From: an uncultured Spirochaetota bacterium
GTDB taxonomy: Bacteria; Spirochaetota; Spirochaetia; JAFGXN01
Direction: 5' to 3'
DNA length: 64,000 bases
Assembly: GCA_944388995.1 (NCBI GenBank)
Contig: CALXKN010000007.1
Span: forward strand, 4,732 to 68,731
Shown here: positions 57,191-64,000 of the stretch, one piece after another
How positions within the stretch are numbered: position 1 is the first letter of the stretch
Layout of the letters: every line of letters begins with the position of its first letter
The notes under the pieces: model-generated
The model's input: the letters and a program-made list of their open reading frames with translations, nothing else
Database searches by the model: none
Told to the model about the DNA's origin: nothing
Made by a program: the position numbers and the translations under genes

Positions 57191-58210
57191 TTACTCCATT
57201 GACAGGAAACGAATCGGATCAATATTTTGGGAACCGATTCTGATTTCATAATGAACGTGAGGTCCTGTCGTTAATCCGGTATTTCCCATCGCCGCAATGA
57301 GCTGACCTTGTGAAACCGTATCACCGGCCCGCACATAAACGGCGTCACAGTGAGCATACCGCGTAAAAAAACCGTACTTATGCTGAATGGTCAGGTAATT
57401 GCCGTAATCATCGTTCCACGCCACTTCGACGACCTTTCCGTTGGCGGTCGATACGATTCCCGTTCCGCGGGTGTAGGCAATATCCAGCGCATTGTGAAGA
57501 TACCAGTAACCGCGGATCGGATGACGGGCAGGTCCGAACGGCGCCGTAATATATCCGACTCCGCGGACAACAGGCCATCCGGTTGGAATTTCCTCTAACA
57601 GGTTCCCTTTTGAATTCAGCAAATCCGAAACCCTGGCAAGCTGCTCCATCGAATCTTCGAGGAATCCCGAAATATTCTCAATCGTTTGAATTTCCCGAAG
57701 ACTTTGTTCATCATGCGCCTCGACATTGAAAAATGAAGCGTAATCCCCACGTGTTTCCACCGAACGGTTGACGGAAGAAAGACCGAAAGAATCAAGCGTA
57801 TTTGCCAATACCGATTCAAATTCCCCGGCGGTCCGCCGTAATTCGGCAATACCGTCTTTCATCTGCTCGTTTTCAACTTCAGCCGCCGCCATCCGCAATT
57901 CGGCGGACGCCGCCTGCCAGCCGCCGGTCGCAAACAAAATTCCCAGAACGGCGGTAACGACCGACAGAATGACAACAAAGGCGCACAGCGCAAACACGGT
58001 CGCAAACGAAATTTTAAAATTCACGGCCTTTTTTTCCGTGTGCGGAATCACCATGACGGTGTAACGCCGTCCCAACAACCGGGAAAGTTTATTCAAACGG
58101 ATGCGGGCTCTCTTAAAGACTGCGGAAAAAAAAGCCGATATCCTTGAGAAAAAACGGTTTTCTATTTTTCTGTAATTATGGGTTAAGGACACCGAATCCT
58201 CGCTTTTCAA
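57191..58210 (-). CDS. M23-family (LytM-like) peptidoglycan endopeptidase
   Basis: HNALDIA, GNTGLTTGPHVHYEI (HxH zinc site). N-terminal TM anchor. The true start may be internal. Confidence 0.8.
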   Translation of the reverse strand: MKSEDSVSLTHNYRKIENRFFSRISAFFSAVFKRARIRLNKLSRLLGRRYTVMVIPHTEKKAVNFKISFATVFALCAFVVILSVVTAVLGILFATGGWQAASAELRMAAAEVENEQMKDGIAELRRTAGEFESVLANTLDSFGLSSVNRSVETRGDYASFFNVEAHDEQSLREIQTIENISGFLEDSMEQLARVSDLLNSKGNLLEEIPTGWPVVRGVGYITAPFGPARHPIRGYWYLHNALDIAYTRGTGIVSTANGKVVEVAWNDDYGNYLTIQHKYGFFTRYAHCDAVYVRAGDTVSQGQLIAAMGNTGLTTGPHVHYEIRIGSQNIDPIRFLSME

Positions 58211-58311
58211 ATAATCTGCGGGAAAAGAATACCACGGATTGAAAAAATTGTCAAATCATGGTAACGAAAACGGCGCAGCTCCTGGGAATCATCCGAATCA
58301 AAGAAAAAACC

Positions 58312-58340
58312 TTGACCTCTTTCATCTTATATGTTACCAT
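58312..58340 (+). promoter_or_regulatory. possible tatD promoter (-35 TTGACC, 17 nt, -10 TACCAT)
   Basis: Hexamers in the 172-nt divergent intergenic region. The -10 is weak. Confidence 0.3.
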
Positions 58341-58382
58341 TTCCGTACAGGGTTTCCCTGAAATTTCAACGCAGGACACGTT

Positions 58383-59156
58383 ATGAATTTATTTGATACT
58401 CACGCACACATCGGACTGATTCACGACGATCCGATTGAACAGCTGATTGTCGCCAAAGAAGCCAAACAAGCCGGCGTCAGACATATCGTTGCCGTCTGCA
58501 ATAACGTAAAAGATTTTTACACGGTTTACGATAATTTGGCGCTTGCCGATAACGTCCTCTATGCCGTCGGTATTTCTCCGGCGGAAGTCGGGAATTTACC
58601 CGGTAATTGGGAAGAGATGGTGAGCGCCGGCGCATTGAAAGAAAAAGTCGTCGCCATCGGCGAAACGGGACTGGATTATTACCGGAAATTCGGCAATAAG
58701 AACGCTCAGATTGAACTTTTCCGCCGTCAGTTGGCGCTGGCCGACAAAGCGGATAAGCCGGTGATTATCCACAACCGGGAAGCGGGAGAGGATATTTTCG
58801 ATATTCTGAAGACGCACCTCCCGTCCAAAGGAGCCGTCCTTCACTGCTATTCGGAAGACGCGGCCTATGCGAAGAAGATTCTTGACATGAACGTCATGTT
58901 CTCGTTTGCCGGCAATCTGACGTACAAAAACGCCCGCAACCTGCATGAGACCGTCAAAATCCTGCCGCCGGAGCGGATTCTTTTGGAGTCGGAAGCTCCG
59001 TTTATGGTTCCCTCCGTTTACCGCGGAAAACGCAACCGTCCGTCTTACTTGAAGGAGACGCTGAAATTTCTTGCCCGCCTCCTTGACCGGAACGAAGAGG
59101 ATTTGGCGGAAATCATTTATCAAAACTCCCTGAGATTCTTCGGCATCACGGAATAA
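58383..59156 (+). CDS. tatD: TatD-family metal-dependent hydrolase
   Basis: N-terminal DTHAHI and GETGLDYY blocks. Confidence 0.85.
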   Translation: MNLFDTHAHIGLIHDDPIEQLIVAKEAKQAGVRHIVAVCNNVKDFYTVYDNLALADNVLYAVGISPAEVGNLPGNWEEMVSAGALKEKVVAIGETGLDYYRKFGNKNAQIELFRRQLALADKADKPVIIHNREAGEDIFDILKTHLPSKGAVLHCYSEDAAYAKKILDMNVMFSFAGNLTYKNARNLHETVKILPPERILLESEAPFMVPSVYRGKRNRPSYLKETLKFLARLLDRNEEDLAEIIYQNSLRFFGITE

Positions 59157-59157
59157 A

Positions 59158-60159
59158 ATGAACGGAGTCAACGTCTTGCCGGGACTGTCCGTTTCCGGCA
59201 CTCTTTTTTTGGCGCCGATGGCCGGATACACCGATTTCGTTTTCCGCTCTCTCTGTGCCGAATTCGGGGCCGATTTGTGCTACACGGAGATGGTCAGCTG
59301 CGAGGGGCTGTCCCGCCTCAATAAAAAGACCGCCGAATTAATGAAAAGAGGCGACGCCGAAAAGCAAAGCGCCATCCAACTCTTCGGAGTCAATCCCGAT
59401 TCGTGTTTTGAAGCCGCAAAAAACGCCGCCGCACTCAACCCGGACATCATCGATTTTAACTGCGGATGCCCGGTTCCGAAGGTGGTCAAAACCGGCGCCG
59501 GCGCGGCGCTGATGCGCGACCACGGACTTTTAAAGGAGTTGGTTGCAGCCCTGAAAGCCGGAACGGAAGCCGCCGGAAAAAAAATCCCGGTTTCGGTTAA
59601 AATCCGCGCCGGCTGGAATGCGGAAGAGATCAATGCGCCGGAAACGGCCGCGGCCGCTGTCGAAGCGGGGGCTGCTATCATCGGTATTCACGGACGAACA
59701 AGAGCACAAGGATACAGCGGTACCGCTGACCTTGAAATCATCCGAAACGTCAAAAAAGCGGTATCCGTTCCCGTCATCGGTTCCGGCGATCTTTTCTCTC
59801 CCTGGGACGTCAAACGGATGTTTGAGCAGACGGGCGTCGACGCCGTCATGATTGCCCGCGGAGCCGTCGGCTCTCCTCAAATTTTCATGCAGATCAAGGA
59901 ATTCCTTTCAACCGGAGAGATCCGCACCGTTTTCTCGGATGAGGAGAAACTCCGGACGGCCCGGCGCCATTTACGCGGGGCGGTCGCCGCTTTCGGCGAA
60001 CGGCGCGCCTGTAAAGAAATCCGCAAACATTTATGCGCCTACTCCAAAGGCATCCGCAACGGAACCGTTTTGCGCAACCGTATCGTCCGTTGCGCGACGC
60101 TCGCGGAATACGAAGAGGCCTTTGACGGCTTTTTTCAATCGGAAGGAATCGGACCGTGA
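59158..60159 (+). CDS. tRNA-dihydrouridine synthase
   Basis: LAPMAGYTD and NCGCP (catalytic Cys) blocks of the Dus family. Confidence 0.85.
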   Translation: MNGVNVLPGLSVSGTLFLAPMAGYTDFVFRSLCAEFGADLCYTEMVSCEGLSRLNKKTAELMKRGDAEKQSAIQLFGVNPDSCFEAAKNAAALNPDIIDFNCGCPVPKVVKTGAGAALMRDHGLLKELVAALKAGTEAAGKKIPVSVKIRAGWNAEEINAPETAAAAVEAGAAIIGIHGRTRAQGYSGTADLEIIRNVKKAVSVPVIGSGDLFSPWDVKRMFEQTGVDAVMIARGAVGSPQIFMQIKEFLSTGEIRTVFSDEEKLRTARRHLRGAVAAFGERRACKEIRKHLCAYSKGIRNGTVLRNRIVRCATLAEYEEAFDGFFQSEGIGP

Positions 60160-60208
60160 CCGATTGATTTTCACCCGTAAATCGGATAATATAAACAAAG
60201 AGGTTGCC

Positions 60209-60967
60209 ATGAAAATCATTTTGGTTGGATACGGACGAATGGGAAAAGCGGTCGAAGCCGCCGCCCTCCGGCGCGGTCATTCGGTTGCAGCCAAAGTCGA
60301 CCCGGTTGCGGAAGACGCCGGCGTTGCCGGAACGCTGACTCCCGATTTACTGAAAAATGCCGACGCCGTCATCGAATTCGCCCTTCCCCAAGGAATCGAA
60401 ACCAATACGTCGCTTTACGCAGAAGCCGCCGTTCCGGCCGTCATCGGAACCACCGGTTGGGAAGACCGCCGGGAAACGGTCGCCGCTTCAGTCATCCGCG
60501 ACGGCGGAACCGTTTTGTGGGGCAACAATTTTTCGGTCGGCGCCCACCTTCTGTTCAAACTGACAGCCGAAATTTCCCGGTTGACCGAAAAACTCCCCGA
60601 TTACGACATTATGATACATGAATTCCATCACAAGATGAAAAAAGATTCGCCGTCGGGAACTGCCCTGACATTGGCCGAAAAGGTTCTTGAAAACAATCAT
60701 CGGAAAACCGTTGTGCAGACACAGACGCTTAACCGCGCCGTCAGACCGGAAGAGCTTCACGTTGTCGGCATCCGCGGCGGTTTTCTCCCCGGCGTCCATA
60801 CGGTAACGGTCGACGGTCCCTTCGATACCGTCGAACTGACTCATACAGCCCGCAGCCGCGACGGATTTGCGCTCGGAGCCGTTATGGCCGCCGAATGGCT
60901 GATCGGCAAAAAAGGCTTTTTCCGCGTCGAAGACTTCATCGACGATCTCTTCAGAAAGGAGCTATAA
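60209..60967 (+). CDS. dapB: 4-hydroxy-tetrahydrodipicolinate reductase
   Basis: Start at MKIILVGYGRMGK (ATG 60209) with AAAGAGG RBS. EFHHKMKKDSPSGTA block. The longer listed ORF from 59852 is an upstream over-extension. Confidence 0.85.
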   Translation: MKIILVGYGRMGKAVEAAALRRGHSVAAKVDPVAEDAGVAGTLTPDLLKNADAVIEFALPQGIETNTSLYAEAAVPAVIGTTGWEDRRETVAASVIRDGGTVLWGNNFSVGAHLLFKLTAEISRLTEKLPDYDIMIHEFHHKMKKDSPSGTALTLAEKVLENNHRKTVVQTQTLNRAVRPEELHVVGIRGGFLPGVHTVTVDGPFDTVELTHTARSRDGFALGAVMAAEWLIGKKGFFRVEDFIDDLFRKEL

Positions 60968-60968
60968 A

Positions 60969-61850
60969 ATGAAAAAACTCTCGGGAGTCATTACCGCTTT
61001 ACCGACGCCGTTCCTTGAAAACGGAGCGCTGGATGCCGACGCCCTGAAAAAATTCGTCGACTTTCAAATCGAAAACGGGGTCTCCGCTCTGCTGCCGGTC
61101 GGAACCACCGGAGAAAGTCCGACACTCTCCCACGACGAACACGCCGAAGTCATCCGCATTGTTGTTGACCGGGCGGCAGAACGGGTTCCCGTCATCTGCG
61201 GAACCGGCTCCAATTCAACGGCCGAAGCCGTCGCCCTGACCAAACAGGCGGCCGATGACGGAGCCGCCTACTCGCTCCAGGTCACACCGTACTACAACAA
61301 ACCGAGCCAGGAAGGACTTTTCCGCCACTTCTCAGCTGTTGCCGACGCCTCGCCGATTCCCGTCATCCTTTACAACATTGCCGGCCGGACCGGACGCAAC
61401 ATTGAAACCGAAACCGTCGCCCGCCTGGCCGAACACCCGAATATCATCGGCATAAAAGAGGCCTCCGGCTCACTGTCGCAGGTCACGGAGGTCATATGCG
61501 CCGTTCCCGAAGATTTTATAGTCTTTTCCGGCGACGACGGCCTGACTTTGCCGATTATTGCGGTCGGAGGCGACGGCGTCATTTCGGTGGCCTCCAACAT
61601 CATCCCGCAGGCCATGGTCGAAATGACGGCGGCCGCGCTTTCCGGCGATTTTGAGACCGCCCGGAAATACAACCGGAAATACCACGCCCTCTTCAAAAAT
61701 CTCTTTATTGATACCAATCCGATTCCTGTCAAATATGCGCTGTCCAAAACCGGACGGATGAAGGAAGTTTACCGGCTGCCGCTCTGCCCGATGAACGCCT
61801 CATGCAAAGCGGCGTTGGACGCGGTACTGAAAGAAACCGAAGTGATTTAG
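60969..61850 (+). CDS. dapA: 4-hydroxy-tetrahydrodipicolinate synthase
   Basis: GVITALPTPF and VGTTGE blocks. 293 aa. Confidence 0.9.
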   Translation: MKKLSGVITALPTPFLENGALDADALKKFVDFQIENGVSALLPVGTTGESPTLSHDEHAEVIRIVVDRAAERVPVICGTGSNSTAEAVALTKQAADDGAAYSLQVTPYYNKPSQEGLFRHFSAVADASPIPVILYNIAGRTGRNIETETVARLAEHPNIIGIKEASGSLSQVTEVICAVPEDFIVFSGDDGLTLPIIAVGGDGVISVASNIIPQAMVEMTAAALSGDFETARKYNRKYHALFKNLFIDTNPIPVKYALSKTGRMKEVYRLPLCPMNASCKAALDAVLKETEVI

Positions 61851-61858
61851 GAGCGGAA

Positions 61859-62491
61859 ATGCGCGGAAAAAATCAGGAGAAGAGCAATCGGGAAAAAATG
61901 ATTGCGGGAGAGCTCTATTCGACAAACGACCGCGAACTGATTCTTTTACGGTGGCGTGCGCAGCGTCTCTGCCGAAAAATCAACCGTTTTCCGACTATGC
62001 CGTTTTATCCGTTAAAAAAACGCCTGCTGAGAAAACTCTTCGGAAAATGCGGAAGGAACGCGTACATCGAAGCGCCGTTTCACTGCGACTACGGTTTCAA
62101 CATCTCTGTAGGAGATTCGTTTTACGCCAACGCCGGATGTATTTTTCTTGACGTTACGCCGATTCTCATCGGAGACAATGTCATGTTCGGTCCGAACGTG
62201 CAGCTTTACGCGGCAACCCATCCGCTTTCCCCGCAGGAAAGGTTAAAGGGAGAAGAGTACGGCAAACCGATCAGCGTCGGAGACAATGTGTGGATCGGAG
62301 GAAACACCGTCATTATGCCGGGAGTTTCCGTCGGGAAAAACTCGGTTATCGGCGCCGGCAGCGTCGTTACCAAAGACATTCCCGAAAACGTCGTCGCATT
62401 CGGAAACCCGTGCCGTATTTACAGGCAAATTGAAGCGTCTGAAGCGCAGACGGCGGCCGCTTTCTCAGGAATGGACCGCCGTTCTCCGTAA
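61859..62491 (+). CDS. maltose/galactoside O-acetyltransferase-type hexapeptide-repeat acetyltransferase
   Basis: N-terminal EKMIAGELY plus left-handed beta-helix hexapeptide repeats (IGDNVMFGPNV, VGDNVWIGGN). Confidence 0.75.
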   Translation: MRGKNQEKSNREKMIAGELYSTNDRELILLRWRAQRLCRKINRFPTMPFYPLKKRLLRKLFGKCGRNAYIEAPFHCDYGFNISVGDSFYANAGCIFLDVTPILIGDNVMFGPNVQLYAATHPLSPQERLKGEEYGKPISVGDNVWIGGNTVIMPGVSVGKNSVIGAGSVVTKDIPENVVAFGNPCRIYRQIEASEAQTAAAFSGMDRRSP

Positions 62492-62500
62492 AACAACCGC

Positions 62501-63286
62501 TCAGAAAACAAACGGAATCATCGCTTTCCGCGAAGAAGGATATTCGTCTCCGAATTTTTCCCTGTACCACTGAAGGTTTTTGTAAGCGCGCGGCCCCAAA
62601 TTGGCAAATGTAAAAACGGCAAAGGCCAATCCGGCCCATGAAGCGGTTAAAACCGCCCAGCCGAGCCACTCCATAAACTCACCGAAGTAATTGGGAGAGG
62701 CTACCCACTTATGCAGTCCGCGGTTCGGGATTTTATAACCCGTCTCTCCCGGTTTGCGCAGGGAGCGTAATACGGCGTCGGAGTGCTGATTAATAATCCA
62801 TCCGGCAACAAAAAGACCGGTTCCGACAATAAAGTACGGCGTCAGAAACCACGACAGGTCGTATTTGACGGCCGCGTCGGGTGAAAGAAACATTTCATAA
62901 CCGTTAATATAACCGTTAACTGAATTGAAGAGCGCGCCTGTCAGGGGAATGGCAATCGCCATCGGCCGGCTTCCCTTTGAAAGACGCAGCGGATAAACAA
63001 ACGTCCTGTAAATGTAATGGAATTCCCATATACAGATGAAAACAACCATTGCCGGATTTTCCCAGCCGCGCCCCAAATAAAACATGACGAGGATGACGGC
63101 AAAAGCGGGAAACTCCATAATCACCCAACCGGGACGGGCCGGCATCACGGGGCCGAAACCCTTCGTTACAAATTTACCGTAAGGCGCCGACTTATAAAAT
63201 AAAAACAGAACCACAAAAATCGATGAAACAAGCTGAAAAACCAATAAAATTTGATATGCGTGCGAGTAGTCAGATAAATGCTCCAA
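62501..63286 (-). CDS. 3-oxo-5-alpha-steroid 4-dehydrogenase (steroid 5-alpha-reductase / DUF1295) family membrane protein
   Basis: Polytopic. C-terminal SPNYFGEFMEWLGWA block characteristic of the family. Confidence 0.6.
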   Translation of the reverse strand: MEHLSDYSHAYQILLVFQLVSSIFVVLFLFYKSAPYGKFVTKGFGPVMPARPGWVIMEFPAFAVILVMFYLGRGWENPAMVVFICIWEFHYIYRTFVYPLRLSKGSRPMAIAIPLTGALFNSVNGYINGYEMFLSPDAAVKYDLSWFLTPYFIVGTGLFVAGWIINQHSDAVLRSLRKPGETGYKIPNRGLHKWVASPNYFGEFMEWLGWAVLTASWAGLAFAVFTFANLGPRAYKNLQWYREKFGDEYPSSRKAMIPFVF

Positions 63287-63334
63287 AGTATCCTCTCCGT
63301 ATGTTCAGGTTAACACACATCAGCGCCTTTGTCA

Positions 63335-63363
63335 ATAAAAAAGGAGACCGGAAAGGTCTCCTT
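63335..63363 (-). terminator. rho-independent terminator of the partial minus-strand gene at the window end
   Basis: Stem AAGGAGACC/GGTCTCCTT (63341-63349 and 63355-63363) with loop GGAAA, followed on the minus strand by a U-run (plus ATAAAAAA 63335-63342). Confidence 0.6.
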
Positions 63364-63383
63364 TGAAACAAGAAAGAAATGGT

Positions 63384-64000
63384 CTACCACTCATCCGACA
63401 TATTCTCAATGCCGCTGTACTGCGACAAGTGAACGACATCGGTATAAGCTTCCAAATCATCAAAATAGATGTAGTAATCCCGCGTCATCTCTTCAGCATT
63501 GAATTTGAGAACCAAACCCAACACCATGAAACCGGGTTTATCGGGCGCCATGGCATCTTCCTGAACAACCGTCGGCGGAACATAGGCCACCAACTGTTTC
63601 CATCCGATAAAATTCAGTTTCGGATTTTCAAACGGAATATCTGCAATCATGCCGGTCGGAGTCTGCACGCGGACATACAATTCGTGATTCATACCGCGTC
63701 CGCAAACCCACAGCGAAAACGCTTTTGTAATCCCCTCAACCCGAATGGGAGTACTTCTTTTCAAAAAGAACTCTTCTCCGTAAGCACGGCGGGTAAAGTT
63801 GATTTTTGCACCCAAAACAACGGAGCGGTCTTCCGGAACGGCAGCTTCGCCGGTAATATCCAGTTTTCCGCTTCCCGAATTCTCTTCAGAAGCGGCATCC
63901 GAACCGTCACCGGAATTTTCTTCCGAAGCGCCTTCCGAATTCGCATCCGGTTTATCGGGGCGATCAATGTACTTCAAAGAAGCCGTTGCCGTATCGGGAA
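63384..64000 (-). CDS. hypothetical protein, 5' end outside window
   Basis: Frame stays open to the window edge. Predicted product has an acidic low-complexity N-terminal region (SEENSGDGSDAASEENSGSG) followed by a beta-rich domain. Confidence 0.4.
   Translation of the reverse strand, partial: PDTATASLKYIDRPDKPDANSEGASEENSGDGSDAASEENSGSGKLDITGEAAVPEDRSVVLGAKINFTRRAYGEEFFLKRSTPIRVEGITKAFSLWVCGRGMNHELYVRVQTPTGMIADIPFENPKLNFIGWKQLVAYVPPTVVQEDAMAPDKPGFMVLGLVLKFNAEEMTRDYYIYFDDLEAYTDVVHLSQYSGIENMSDEW

Noticed and set aside
59852-60208. Long 5' extension of the dapB ORF overlapping the 3' end of the dus gene
   Set aside because: The extension is in a different frame from dus and is Arg/Ser-rich. 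An ATG at 60209 with AAAGAGG RBS yields a canonical DapB N-terminus (MKIILVGYGRMGK).

Overview
This 64-kb window is a densely packed, gene-rich chromosomal segment with under 3% non-coding sequence. It contains no rRNA, tRNA, CRISPR array, transposase or integrase. A roughly 29-kb run of co-directional minus-strand genes (4.8 to 33.7 kb) carries most of the content, with many start and stop codons overlapping by 1 to 11 nt, which suggests extensive co-transcription.

Recognisable minus-strand content:
- two paralogous CsgG-like lipoproteins plus a small lipoprotein
- a rhodanese
- an ABC ATPase, ABC-2 permease, GldG-like and DUF4340 cassette
- RNase Z
- an mcsA, mcsB-like and clpC module with no ctsR
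- a LolCDE-like permease, ATPase, permease trio
- ftsY and prfB (RF2, with no programmed frameshift)
- a GH57-like protein
- a complete rnfCDGEAB operon preceded by an unknown polytopic membrane protein
- farther along: a PcnB/CCA-family nucleotidyltransferase, a GH3 beta-glucosidase, map, nusB, a SurA-like PPIase, secG-tpiA-pgk-gap, a pepP-like M24 peptidase
- purE and purD-purN-purM
- a RicT/PSP1 protein, a DUF327-like protein, bactofilin and an M23 peptidase

Plus-strand genes:
- an RND efflux operon (adaptor fragment, pump, and a small secreted protein)
- galM
- a DtxR-family regulator translationally coupled to pyrK and pyrD
- tatD, a dus gene, dapB, dapA and a maa-type acetyltransferase
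- a two-gene island: a P-loop/Asp23-like fusion plus a secreted TPR protein

The mix of diderm envelope functions (Lol, SurA, RND, CsgG-like) with Firmicutes-type modules (McsA/McsB/ClpC, RicT, DUF327, Rnf) and about 55% GC is compatible with a spirochaete-like or other atypical diderm anaerobe. I cannot assign the organism.

Candidates most worth follow-up:
1. a sigma70-like promoter whose whole -35/-10 spacer is a T15 homopolymer, driving the CsgG-like lipoprotein operon (possible slipped-strand phase variation)
2. a McsB homologue whose phosphagen-kinase catalytic motifs appear degenerate (possible pseudokinase adaptor for ClpC)
3. a GH57-like protein with apparently substituted catalytic residues
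4. an isolated plus-strand pair: a P-loop NTPase fused to an Asp23-like domain, plus a secreted TPR protein
5. an unknown 496-aa membrane protein stop/start-adjacent to rnfC

All functional calls come from motif recognition by eye. No database searches were run.
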